Shown: positions 48,326 to 57,973 of the stretch, one piece after another
Position numbering within the stretch: position 1 is the stretch's first letter
Layout: each line of letters begins with the position of its first letter
Made by a program: the position numbers and the translations under genes
Notes under the pieces: model-generated
What the model saw: only the letters and a program-made list of their open reading frames with translations
What the model was told of the DNA's origin: nothing
The model's database searches: none
DNA from: Planctomycetota bacterium
Lineage (GTDB): Bacteria > Planctomycetota > UBA1135 > UBA2386
Length of the DNA: 64,000 bases
Assembly (NCBI GenBank): GCA_965228735.1
Contig: OZ245838.1
Coordinates: 4,576,001-4,640,000 of the forward strand
Reading direction: 5' to 3'

Positions 48326-49323
48326 CACTCGGCGTCGTGGTGATCGGGCGCAACGAAGGTGAGCGCCTGCGTCGCGCGATCGAGTCGTGTCGTGGTCGAG
48401 GCGCACACGTGCTCTACGTTGATTCCGGATCCACGGACGGCAGCGTGAAGTTGGCGCGAGAGCTGGGCGTTGCCGTACTCGGATTGTGCCCCTCCCGTCC
48501 GTTCTCCGCGGCGCGCGGCCGCAAGGAGGGCTTCGAGTGGTTCGCGGCGAACGGCGTCGATGTCGACCACGTCCAGTTCGTGGACGGCGACTGCTGTCTC
48601 GATCGGGCGTGGCTCGAGTGCGCGACGGGTCATCTGGCCGCCAATGCCGATGTCGGCATAGTCTGCGGCGGCCTCGAGGAAGAGCATCCGGAAGCTTCGG
48701 TGTTCAACCGGATGAACTCGATCCGCTGGCAGGCTGCCGCGCCGGGCGACATCGAGTCGTGTGGTGGAATCTTCATGGTGCGGCGCGCGGTCTACGAGGC
48801 CGCAGGCGGCTTCGACGACCGGTTGATCACGGGGGAAGAGGCGGAGTTCTGTGTTCGCGTGCGGGCGTCCGGAGCACGTATCGTTCGGCTGCCGGCGCCG
48901 ATGGCATCCCACGATTCGAACATGGTGCGCTTCGGGGATTGGTGGAAGCGCGCGGTCTGGGGCGGCTATGGCGATGCCCACAAGCTGCGGGCGCAAGTGG
49001 ACATGGGCGGGGCGAGCGAGGGCTCCGAGTTGCGGAGTGCGCTGCTCTGGGGGGCGGTCGTGCCGGCGGTGGCCGTGCTCGGTGCGGTCGTTGCGCTTTG
49101 GGTGCCCTGGCTCTGGCTGGTACCGCTGTCATGCGTGGCCGGGTACCTGCTGCTCTTCGCCAAGATCGCGGCGCATCGGTTGCGGCAAGGGGACGGATTC
49201 GGGGATGCCGCGGTCTATTCCGCGCTTTGCGTCGTCCGAAAGACGCCGTTCGCGGTCGGTGTCCTGAGGTTCTTCGCCAGTCGTGGCGGGCAGGCGCGGC
49301 CGGACCCCCATGCCCGGGCGTAG
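48322..49323 (+). CDS. Glycosyltransferase family 2 with C-terminal TM segments
   Basis: VVVIGRNEG, YVDSGSTDGS, QFVDGD, GEEAEFC; GTGA overlap with the ATP-grasp gene. Confidence 0.9.
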   Translation: MTLGVVVIGRNEGERLRRAIESCRGRGAHVLYVDSGSTDGSVKLARELGVAVLGLCPSRPFSAARGRKEGFEWFAANGVDVDHVQFVDGDCCLDRAWLECATGHLAANADVGIVCGGLEEEHPEASVFNRMNSIRWQAAAPGDIESCGGIFMVRRAVYEAAGGFDDRLITGEEAEFCVRVRASGARIVRLPAPMASHDSNMVRFGDWWKRAVWGGYGDAHKLRAQVDMGGASEGSELRSALLWGAVVPAVAVLGAVVALWVPWLWLVPLSCVAGYLLLFAKIAAHRLRQGDGFGDAAVYSALCVVRKTPFAVGVLRFFASRGGQARPDPHARA

Positions 49324-49426
49324 CGGCCATGGCAACGGGCGAACCGGGCCGGCCCAGCTCGGCGCCGGGCCCGCGAGAAGCCCGGCATGGCGGGGAGGCC
49401 CGGTCGCCGATCGGTCCGCGTGAAGC

Positions 49427-49432
49427 TATACT
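49427..49432 (+). promoter_or_regulatory. Candidate -10 box for the wzc-wzy-wzx unit
   Basis: TATACT in a GC-rich intergenic gap about 125 nt before the ATG at 49556. Confidence 0.4.
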
Positions 49433-49555
49433 GCTCAGCGTCTTGGGCGCCGCGGCCCGATAACCGCATGGACTGCTCACTTCGACCGGCAGCTTCGTTG
49501 CCAGTGCACGTTCGCTGGAGTCACGCGGTCGCTGACAGCTTGGAAGACTGACTGA

Positions 49556-51775
49556 ATGAACTCGCACACGCGGCATCTCGGGCAGGTCGAGCTCGGTGGG
49601 CTCGAGGCCCCGGGCTCGGGCGAACCACCACGGCGCAAGGGCCTGCTCCGGTTTGCCGTCATCCGGTATCGCGGGACCATCGCGATCGGCATGTTCATCG
49701 GTGCCTTGCTCGGATTCCTATACGGGGCCGGCCAGCCCAACACCTACGAGGCGGCTGGCAAGATGTTGTTCCAGACCGGCATGCGTGAGGCCGCGAACGC
49801 CGAGCTTGTCGTGGGGGAGTCGGTGAGTGCGTCCCGCACCGATGCGCAGTCGATCGCGACGGAGATGCAGATCCTCGAGAGCCCGGAGATCTATCAGAAG
49901 GTCCTCGAGACGGTCGGGGTGGAGCGGCTCATCGCGACGCCGGACCCACGGCGAGTCGACACGGAATCGACGCCGTTGCCGGTCGTGTTGTTGCACGAGT
50001 TCCAGGCGTGGCTGCTCGGGATGGGTCAAGGCGACGAAGCCGGCAGGCCCCGGGTCTCGACCAGCGCGGTGCTCTCTGGACTGCAGCGGGCGCTGCGCCC
50101 CGACGCGCTGACGCCGTCGAGTGTCATCGAGGTGTCGTTCGTCGCGGCGGACCCCGTTGTCGCACGCGACGTGGTCAATGCCTACCTCGAGGCTGCCGAG
50201 TCGCACCACCGCAAGGTGTTCAGCTCGAAGGAGCGACTCGAACTCAGTCGCTCGGAGGAACAGACCGCGAGGCGCGAGGTCGATGAGGCCGTGAGCGCCC
50301 TCGAGGAGTTCAATCAGAAGAACGGGATCTACGACCTGGCCGCGCAACGGACCGCGCTGGTCGTTCGCATCAACGAGCAGGAGCGCCTGATACAAGATGC
50401 TCGCACGCAGATGCGCCAGCTCGAGGTTCAGATCGCGTATCTCAAGCTTGCGATTGCTGTGGTCCAGAAGGAGCCGGCGCTGCTGGACAGCGCTCAGCCG
50501 AACCCGGACTACACCCGGATCCAGACCAGCTTGTCCGCGCTCGTGCTGCGCAAGCTGGACATGGAGCGTCGGGTCGCCGAGACGGCGGAGCAGTTCGCCG
50601 CGCGTCAGAAGACCCTCGATGAGAGGATCGCCATCCTCGAGCAGGAGGTGGCGAAGACCTCACCGACCGCGATGCAGCCGAACTTCGCGCGCGCGGAGCG
50701 GCTCGCGGCGTTGCAGGGAAAGCTCGTGGATGCCGAGGGATCGGCCGCCGGCCTCGACAAGGTCGTGGAGGGCAGGACGACGCAGCTCGAGGGACTCCGC
50801 AAGCGTCTGCAAGCCCTGAACGAGAGTGGACCACGCTCGGAGGCCTTGGCGGCCGAAGTGGCGCGCCAACGACAGGTCGCACAGAACCTCGCGGAGCGGC
50901 GGGAGCGCCTCGAGATGATGGGACTGCTGGACGACCAGCGCCTCGGCAACCTGAAGACGGTGGAAGCCGCGGTGACACCGCTAGCGAAGCTGGGGCCGGC
51001 TCGCGGGAAATTCCTGCTGTTCGGTTGCGTGCTGGGCGCGTGTGCTGGCCTGTCGATCGCGTTGTGGCGCAGTCTCACCGACCCCCTCCTCCGCCGGCCG
51101 GGTGAGCTGGCCCAGTTCGGAGGCGAACCCGTCCTGGCGGTCGTTCCGAAGTCGAAGGTCGTCGTTGACCTGGCTGGCATCGTGGCCGGGTCCGTGGGCG
51201 AGGAGTCGCACATCCCCGCACTCATCCACGAGATGCGCGAGAACTTCGCCGGCGGTCAGGGTGTGTCACGCCCACATCGGGTCGCGTTCGTCGGCGGCGG
51301 CGTCGATGTCGAGTGCTCGATGGTGACGCTTGCTGCCGCTCGTGGGCTGGTGGAGAGCGGAGCCAGGGTTCTCGTGGTGGGGGGGGAACGCCTCGTCGAG
51401 GATCTGGGCTCGGAGTCCTCGTCGCCACCTCGGAACGAGGTGGTCGCGACGGCGGAGCCACGCCTCTCGGTCCTGGCGGTCGATCGTGTCGTCGCGCCGG
51501 CCCACGCGCTCGATCGCGTCGAGGCGGAGTTCGACTACGTGTTGCTCGACGTCGGCGATTTCGAGACCAACCCGGCGTTCTCGGCACAGTTGACGAGCGC
51601 GCACTCGCATGTCCTCGTTGTTGCAGGCGGCCGCCTGACGCGACATCAGGTCGAGAAACGACTGCGGACGGTCAAGCGCGTCGGGGGTGAGTACCGGGGC
51701 GCGGTTTTCACTTCCTATGACAGCAGCTACCCGCGGTGGTTGCCCGGTCAGGATCCCGAACTGCAGGCGACGTGA
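49556..51775 (+). CDS. Polysaccharide co-polymerase, Wzc/GumC-like, with degenerate kinase domain
   Basis: Two TM segments flanking a long coiled coil, TEMQILES, VLAVVP, FDYVLLD; no Walker A GK[ST]. Confidence 0.82.
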   Translation: MNSHTRHLGQVELGGLEAPGSGEPPRRKGLLRFAVIRYRGTIAIGMFIGALLGFLYGAGQPNTYEAAGKMLFQTGMREAANAELVVGESVSASRTDAQSIATEMQILESPEIYQKVLETVGVERLIATPDPRRVDTESTPLPVVLLHEFQAWLLGMGQGDEAGRPRVSTSAVLSGLQRALRPDALTPSSVIEVSFVAADPVVARDVVNAYLEAAESHHRKVFSSKERLELSRSEEQTARREVDEAVSALEEFNQKNGIYDLAAQRTALVVRINEQERLIQDARTQMRQLEVQIAYLKLAIAVVQKEPALLDSAQPNPDYTRIQTSLSALVLRKLDMERRVAETAEQFAARQKTLDERIAILEQEVAKTSPTAMQPNFARAERLAALQGKLVDAEGSAAGLDKVVEGRTTQLEGLRKRLQALNESGPRSEALAAEVARQRQVAQNLAERRERLEMMGLLDDQRLGNLKTVEAAVTPLAKLGPARGKFLLFGCVLGACAGLSIALWRSLTDPLLRRPGELAQFGGEPVLAVVPKSKVVVDLAGIVAGSVGEESHIPALIHEMRENFAGGQGVSRPHRVAFVGGGVDVECSMVTLAAARGLVESGARVLVVGGERLVEDLGSESSSPPRNEVVATAEPRLSVLAVDRVVAPAHALDRVEAEFDYVLLDVGDFETNPAFSAQLTSAHSHVLVVAGGRLTRHQVEKRLRTVKRVGGEYRGAVFTSYDSSYPRWLPGQDPELQAT

Positions 51776-51811
51776 TGCGGGTCGTGCACCGATGACGACC
51801 GGTGGTGCGCG

Positions 51812-53125
51812 ATGCCGGCGCTAGTACCCATTGCCCTGTTCGGCTGGCTGCCGCTGTCGTTGGTCTTGTTCTCCATGCTCCAACCGGCGCGCGCCGTGTT
51901 GGCGACCCTCCTCGGGGGGTGGTTGTTCCTGCCGAACAGTGAGATCGACCTGCCGGGGTTCCCGCCCTACACGAAGTCGACGGCCATCGCCCTGGGGCTG
52001 ATGCTCGGTGCCGTGACCACGGGTTCGAAGGGGCGAGCGCCGTTTGCCCTGCGTTGGTTCGACTATCCCGTCCTCGTCTTCTGCGTCGGGTCAGCGGCCA
52101 CTTCCCTGAGCAATGACCTCGGTCTCTACGATGGCGCCTCGACAGCACTCGAGAAGCTGATGTTCTGGGCGGTGCCGTACTTCTTCGGGCGCCTCTACTT
52201 CACCAATCTGGCAGCGCTTCGCGACATGGCGATTGCCTTCGCGATCGGCGGGATCGTCTATGGGGTTCTGTGCCTCTACGAGATCCGGATGAGTCCTCGG
52301 CTGAACCTCAACGTCTACGGCTTCCTGCAGCACAGTTGGCGGCAGCACATCCGGTACGGCGGGTGGCGGCCGATGGTCTTCATGGAACACGGACTGATGG
52401 TGGCCCTCTGGATGGCGGCGACCACGACGGTGTCGTTCTGGTTGTGGCGAGGTCGGGTGCTGACCCGGGTCGCGGGCATGCCATTGGCGTGGGTCACTCC
52501 TGCTCTGGCAGTCGTGACCGTGCTCTGCAAGTCGGCCGGTGGGTGGCTCGCGCTGTCGATCGGTGTTGGCACCTACTACCTCTACCAAGGTCTGCGGATG
52601 CGCTGGGTGCTGGTAGCGGCGCTGCTCGTCTTCCCGGCCTACGTATTCTCGCGTATCACCGGGCTCGTTGCGGCGGATCAGGTTCAAGCCATCGCGGAGA
52701 CCGTTTTCGATCGGGAGCGCGTCGGCTCGCTCGTCGTGAGGTTGTCGCAGGAGGATCCCTTCGTCTCGCGAGCCCTGATCCGTCCGATACTCGGTTGGGG
52801 GGGGTACGGCCGGGGCTGGCCGGTCGATCCGTTCTCCGGCTCCAATGCCGTGCGGCAGGTCGATGCGCTGTGGCTGGTCGTCTTCAGCAAGTTCGGGTTG
52901 CTCGGCCTGATCTCGCTGTGCATGACCTTAGTGCTCGGGCCGTTGATCGCGCTCCGGTCGGTGGCCAGGGCCCGGCATGCCGGCTATCTTCAGAGGTTCC
53001 TACCGGCAGTCCTGTGCGTGCCGGTCGCGTTGTTTCTTGCCGATAGTCTGTTCAACGGCATGGCGAACCCCGCATACACGTTGGCCGCTGGTGCGCTCGC
53101 CGGCTTCGGCTCGGCGCGAGCGTGA
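51812..53125 (+). CDS. Wzy/O-antigen ligase-like polymerase
   Basis: About ten TM segments, YEIRMSP, RPMVFMEHGL, RPILGWGG. Confidence 0.75.
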   Translation: MPALVPIALFGWLPLSLVLFSMLQPARAVLATLLGGWLFLPNSEIDLPGFPPYTKSTAIALGLMLGAVTTGSKGRAPFALRWFDYPVLVFCVGSAATSLSNDLGLYDGASTALEKLMFWAVPYFFGRLYFTNLAALRDMAIAFAIGGIVYGVLCLYEIRMSPRLNLNVYGFLQHSWRQHIRYGGWRPMVFMEHGLMVALWMAATTTVSFWLWRGRVLTRVAGMPLAWVTPALAVVTVLCKSAGGWLALSIGVGTYYLYQGLRMRWVLVAALLVFPAYVFSRITGLVAADQVQAIAETVFDRERVGSLVVRLSQEDPFVSRALIRPILGWGGYGRGWPVDPFSGSNAVRQVDALWLVVFSKFGLLGLISLCMTLVLGPLIALRSVARARHAGYLQRFLPAVLCVPVALFLADSLFNGMANPAYTLAAGALAGFGSARA

Positions 53126-54585
53126 CGATGGACGGTCGTTCCCTGCGATCGCGGGCACTCGCAGGGTCGTTCTGGACCCTCGGCGGATACACGACGAGCC
53201 AGCTCATTCGGCTCGGCAGCCACCTCGTCCTGGCCTGGTTGCTGGCGCCGGAGATCTTCGGGTTGATGGCACTCGTGAAGGTCGTTCAGCAGGGCCTCAC
53301 GATGTTCTCCGACATTGGCATCGCGCCGAGCATCGTACAGAGCAAGCGTGGGGACGATCCCGAGTTCCTGAACACCGCGTGGACGATTCAGATCATCCGC
53401 GGCGTGATCCTGTGGCTCGTGGCCTGTGTGCTCGCGTGGCCGTTGGCCGCGCTGTTCGCACGCAATGACCTGGCGGCCTGGCAGCTGCTCTACCTGTTGC
53501 CGGTGGCGGGATTCGGCGCCGTGTTCGACGGCTTCGCCTCGACTTCGCTCGGGACCCTGAATCGCAAGCTCTGGCTCGGGCGGGTGACATTGCTCGAGGT
53601 CGGCACGCAAGTGGCTACCGTCGCGGTGATGGTCGCCTGGGGCGCGGTATCGGCGACCGCCTGGGCCCTCGTGTTCGGGGGGTTGGCCGGCTCGCTCGTG
53701 CGCTGCGTCGTGAGCCACTACCTGGTTCCGGGTTACCGCGTGCGGATCGTCTACAATCGCGATTGCGCGCGCGAGATCCTGCACTTCGGGAAGTGGATCT
53801 TCTCGAGCACCGCCTTCACGTTCCTCGCGCTCAACCTCGACCGCCTGATCCTGGGCAACATCCTGTCTCTCGATGAGCTGGGGCTCTACTCGATCGCCCT
53901 GGTGTTCGCCAAGGTGCCGCAGCACGTGGGCTCGCGGCTGTCCTCGACCGTGCTCTTTCCGGTGTATTCGTCGTTTCGCGACCAACCGGATCGCATGGTC
54001 AGCGTGGCGTTGAAGGCGCGAGGCCTCGTGCTGCTGGTCGGGGTGGCGGTTTGCACCTGCCTCGTCGTCGTGAGCCCGATCTTCTTCTACACGTTGTGGG
54101 ACGAGCGCTATCACGAAGCGGGGACCATCGCGCAGTGGATGGCGCTCTACATCTGGGCGATGCTCGTGCAGCTGACGATGAGCCGAATCCCCCTCGCGCT
54201 CGGGAACTCCCGGGCGCTGTTCTTCGCGAACGTGTGGATGTGCGCCGGCAACCTCCTGGCGCTCGTGGGCTACGTCTACTTCGCCCTGCCCGGGTTCATT
54301 GCGGGGCTGGCCCTCGGCCCGATCGTGTCACACCTCTACCTGCTCCGGCACGTTCCCTCGGGAGCCAGAGCGCTCTTGCGACAGAGTGTGGGGTTCACGT
54401 TCGTCGCGGGCTCGTACGGCGGCCTCGCCGTTGCGGTGACCTCATACGTGCGCGCTACGTGCAGCGAGACCGCTTGGGCCTTCGCGGTCGGCGGAATGGC
54501 GCTGATACCCCTGACGATCGCGGGCGCGGTCGGAGCCGCGCAGTTGAAGAACCGCTCGGGGGCCGTTGCGGCCGCGTCTCGCTGA
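53122..54585 (+). CDS. Wzx oligosaccharide flippase
   Basis: LLAPEIFGL, FSDIGI, FLNTAWT, DRLILG, LGLYSIA; multi-TM. Confidence 0.88.
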   Translation: MTMDGRSLRSRALAGSFWTLGGYTTSQLIRLGSHLVLAWLLAPEIFGLMALVKVVQQGLTMFSDIGIAPSIVQSKRGDDPEFLNTAWTIQIIRGVILWLVACVLAWPLAALFARNDLAAWQLLYLLPVAGFGAVFDGFASTSLGTLNRKLWLGRVTLLEVGTQVATVAVMVAWGAVSATAWALVFGGLAGSLVRCVVSHYLVPGYRVRIVYNRDCAREILHFGKWIFSSTAFTFLALNLDRLILGNILSLDELGLYSIALVFAKVPQHVGSRLSSTVLFPVYSSFRDQPDRMVSVALKARGLVLLVGVAVCTCLVVVSPIFFYTLWDERYHEAGTIAQWMALYIWAMLVQLTMSRIPLALGNSRALFFANVWMCAGNLLALVGYVYFALPGFIAGLALGPIVSHLYLLRHVPSGARALLRQSVGFTFVAGSYGGLAVAVTSYVRATCSETAWAFAVGGMALIPLTIAGAVGAAQLKNRSGAVAAASR

Positions 54586-54617
54586 TCGCCGCGTCCTGCT
54601 CGGCGGTATTCGGGGCG

Positions 54618-55691
54618 TCAACGATAGCGCCGCCGCCGCTCCAGCCGTCCACGGACTCGGGTGGGGAGTTGACGCAGGCCCTTGAACGGGAGCCCGACCG
54701 TGTATCGCTCCCAGGTAGCGATGGCTCTCCGGCAAGTGCGAAGAACCGACGGGGTCTCGACCGTGCCCTCGAGCAGGCCGATCTCGCTCGTCATCAGCCG
54801 CTGTTTGTAGAGCGCTTCGCCCTTGCCGAGATCGATTCGTCGGATCCCACGCTCGGCGACCGCTTCTGCAATCCTGAGCAGCAGAATGAGCCCGGGGCTG
54901 AACCTCGAGTATTCCGCCGTGTAGCCGGGGAACCAGTAGTGCAGGACATCCGTCGAGCGAATGCCGAAGTGCAAAGCGATCGGTTCGTCACCGAGATAGA
55001 GCGCCGAGAGGATTCCCGAGAACTGTTCCTCTCGGGTGGCGTGCGCTGCCCGGAGAAGATCTCTGGTCCAGGCATGGGCGAACGCGTCCGCGGTTCCCGA
55101 CTCGCGGTACTGGCTCGACTTGATCGCCATGAGCCGGTCCAGAAGGCGATCGTCGGTTGCCTCCAACTCGAACCGCAGCGGCCCGTGCTCGCGTTCGAGC
55201 TTCCGGCACGCGGCATCGACCTTGTTCACCTGCTTGGATCCGCTGGCGCGAACCCGAGCGCCGTAGTCCGCGAAACCGGCTTCCAGATCCATGCAGGGCG
55301 ACGCTGCCGACGCCGTAGCGTGTGGCGCGAACGCTTCGTTGCCCGACGACAGGTGATCGAAATCCCAGACCGCGACCCCACAGTTGGCGACCAACTCCTG
55401 GGCGTCGAATCGTGTGTCCGCGGCCATGATCGGCCCGTGGTGATCCGAGAGCGGTCCGCCGACCGGGCGTCCACGGCGCCATGGTCCGACCTGGAACGGG
55501 AAGAAGCCGGTCGGGTTCGAGTCGCCGCCGAGGATGGCGACGCGCACGTCGTTGCGCACCGTCGCGACCAACCGCGTGAATTCGTGGCAGAAGTAGGGAC
55601 TGGCCAGCAGCGGGTTCGCGCTCCGGATCTCGTTCCAGGCCGCCACGTCCCGGGCGGTGAGATCCATGCCATCGATGACCCTGACTTTCAC
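54618..55691 (-). CDS. GNAT acyltransferase, CelD/BcsL type
   Basis: SPYFCHEF, GGPLSDHHG, YSRFSPGLILL, IDLGKGEALYK. Confidence 0.85.
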   Translation of the reverse strand: MKVRVIDGMDLTARDVAAWNEIRSANPLLASPYFCHEFTRLVATVRNDVRVAILGGDSNPTGFFPFQVGPWRRGRPVGGPLSDHHGPIMAADTRFDAQELVANCGVAVWDFDHLSSGNEAFAPHATASAASPCMDLEAGFADYGARVRASGSKQVNKVDAACRKLEREHGPLRFELEATDDRLLDRLMAIKSSQYRESGTADAFAHAWTRDLLRAAHATREEQFSGILSALYLGDEPIALHFGIRSTDVLHYWFPGYTAEYSRFSPGLILLLRIAEAVAERGIRRIDLGKGEALYKQRLMTSEIGLLEGTVETPSVLRTCRRAIATWERYTVGLPFKGLRQLPTRVRGRLERRRRYR

Positions 55692-55854
55692 GGTGCTGCA
55701 ACGCGCTGTCTGGCGCGATCATCGCGAACCGCGACTGGGAGCGAGCGCCAGGTCGGTGTGCGTTTCGGGATTGCTTTCTACTGTCCACCTGCAGCCGACT
55801 CACGAGCGAAAGAGGCGAAAGCTGTCGGCTTCCGGGCCGCGCGAGGTGCGTGTC

Positions 55855-57792
55855 CTACAAGGTGACGCGATAGCGGCGCGTCCAATGCAGCAGGACGAAT
55901 ATCGCCCAGATGCGTGACCAGTAGATGCCGGGTGCGCCGGCCTGGTGGGCTTCCCACAGACGAAGCACCGCGTCGGGATTCAGACCGCTGGCCTCGCAGA
56001 GCCCGCGGTCACGGAGCGTGGCATCGATGTCGCCCTTGAGTGCATTCCGGCTCCAGACCTCGAGTGGCAAGACGAAGCCCGATTTGGGGCGGTCGAACAA
56101 CTCGGTCGGTAGGCCGCGCAGACCGTTTCTTCGGAGGGCATCCTTGCGGCCCAGCGGCTCGTATCGGCGCGGGATGCTCATGCCCGCAGCGGCTTCGATG
56201 ACCTCGTGATCGAGCAGCGGCACCCGCACCTCGAGTGCGACTGCCATGCTGGCCGTATCCGTGTCGCGCAGCAGTCGCTCACCGATGAAGTTCATGAGTT
56301 CGAGATTCGAGATGCCGTGCAGCGTCGGAGCGTCACGCCAGAATCGATCCCGAGCGGTCGAGTCGGCCGCTGCCAGACCGTGGGACGTCGGGGCGGAGCG
56401 AAGACGACTCAGCTGGGCCAGGAAGGCGGACGAAAAGAGCCCGTACGACACCTGGTAGAGCTCCGCGATGTCGCCCTTCGTCGCCAACGCATCGGCGAGT
56501 TTGCCCCAGCGTGTTTGCGGCGGCACGACTCCTGCCGGACCGGTCTTGAGGCGGGTGACGAGGCCCGCGAGTCGTCGCCGGACCGGATCCGGCAGCACGC
56601 CGAGGCGGCGGGCCCACGTCGCTGCCTTCGGGATGTCGCGGAAACTCCGGTAGCCGCCGAAGAGCTCATCGCCACCCGCGCCCGAAACGGCGACCGTGAT
56701 GCCGGCCTCGCGAACTGCCCGACTCACGAAGTACGTGTTGATTCCGTCGAATGTCGGCTGATCCAGGCCGCCGAGCGCGCTTTCGAGCTGGCTCGCAAAG
56801 CGCGCTTCGCCGAGGTGGATCTCGTGGTGCTCGGTACCGATGTGTTCCGCGACTGCCCGCGCGTAGGAGCTCTCGTCGAACTCGGACTCGTCGAACGCGA
56901 TGTTGAACGTGCGGATGCCCTGGCTGCAGCGGCTCGCGAGGTTGGCCATGGCGCTCGAATCGATGCCCCCCGACAAGAAGACACCGAGCGGCACATCGGC
57001 GATCAGGCGATCCCGGACCGCCTGCTGGAGCTTGTCGGCGAGGTGCTCTTCCCGGTCCTCGTCCGAGCCGCTCCCGGTCGAGCTCGTCGGCAGGCTCCAG
57101 AAGCGCTCTGGCTCCTGCATCGTGCCGTCGGCATCGATCCAGCCGGTATGTCCCGCCGGGAAGCTGCGGATGCCGTCGACGATGGTGGCGCTCCCGTTCA
57201 CGAACCCGTTCCACAGGTAGGTGGAGAGGGCGGTCTCCGAGAGCCGTCGGTCCACCAGGCCGCTCTCGAGCAGGGCCCGGACCTCGGAGGCGAATATCGC
57301 GATCCGCTTGCCGGCCGGCCGCTGAACTTCACTGATGTAGAGCGGCTTGATGCCCACCCGGTCGCGAGCGATCAGCACGCGTCGGGACGTCGCGTCCCAC
57401 AGCGCGAACGCGAACATCCCGCGAAAGTGTCGGACGCAGTCGCGGCCCCATTGGGCGTAGGACTTGAGGATTACCTCCGAGTCGGTCTGCGTACGGAACT
57501 CGTGACCGAGGCTTTCCAGTTCCCCGCGGACGATTCCGAAGTTGTAGATTTCTCCGTTGAAGCAAAGTACGTTGCCCGTCGACGGGTCGTGCATGGGCTG
57601 ACGCCCGGCGTCGCTCAAGTCGATGATGGCGAGTCGCCGATGCGCGAAATACGCGCCGAACTCGGGCTCGGAATCGCTTCGCCAAGTGCCCTTCGCATCG
57701 GGCCCTCGGTGGGCCTGGAAGTCAGAGCAGCGCGCGATGGCGTCCGTCACTTCGCCATCAATTGCTCCAACCCCGCCTGCGATTCCGCACAT
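55855..57792 (-). CDS. asnB: Asparagine synthase (glutamine-hydrolysing) family amidotransferase
   Basis: MCGIAG, HRGPD, RRLAIID, FNGEIYN, FLSGGIDS, SGAGGDELFGGY, EVRVPLLD. Confidence 0.93.
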   Translation of the reverse strand: MCGIAGGVGAIDGEVTDAIARCSDFQAHRGPDAKGTWRSDSEPEFGAYFAHRRLAIIDLSDAGRQPMHDPSTGNVLCFNGEIYNFGIVRGELESLGHEFRTQTDSEVILKSYAQWGRDCVRHFRGMFAFALWDATSRRVLIARDRVGIKPLYISEVQRPAGKRIAIFASEVRALLESGLVDRRLSETALSTYLWNGFVNGSATIVDGIRSFPAGHTGWIDADGTMQEPERFWSLPTSSTGSGSDEDREEHLADKLQQAVRDRLIADVPLGVFLSGGIDSSAMANLASRCSQGIRTFNIAFDESEFDESSYARAVAEHIGTEHHEIHLGEARFASQLESALGGLDQPTFDGINTYFVSRAVREAGITVAVSGAGGDELFGGYRSFRDIPKAATWARRLGVLPDPVRRRLAGLVTRLKTGPAGVVPPQTRWGKLADALATKGDIAELYQVSYGLFSSAFLAQLSRLRSAPTSHGLAAADSTARDRFWRDAPTLHGISNLELMNFIGERLLRDTDTASMAVALEVRVPLLDHEVIEAAAGMSIPRRYEPLGRKDALRRNGLRGLPTELFDRPKSGFVLPLEVWSRNALKGDIDATLRDRGLCEASGLNPDAVLRLWEAHQAGAPGIYWSRIWAIFVLLHWTRRYRVTL

Positions 57793-57973
57793 GACGAAAG
57801 CATCTCACTTTCCGGGAGAGAAAAAACCGCAAGCCGATCCCGGTTCGGTTACGGATTCGGACACACCGCGCCTCGTGGCCGGCGCGTGATTCGGGGCCGC
57901 GTTCTCGGGCGGTGATGCGTCGGTTGCAGGTCGAATTGTCGGTTTCAGTTCCAAGGCAGTTGGGGGTTCAGTC

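Noticed and set aside
49487..49502. Sigma54-like CGGCA-N6-TTGC before wzc
   Set aside because: Spacing fits but the match is partial, likely by chance in high-GC DNA, and a TATACT box nearby is an alternative.
55796..55832. Stem with two GCGAAAG motifs, considered as a c-di-GMP riboswitch
   Set aside because: Lacks the class I/II consensus and reads on the strand opposite the flanking genes.
55855..57792. Lasso peptide cyclase
   Set aside because: Intact Cys1 glutaminase domain, no precursor or B-protein genes, and polysaccharide context.
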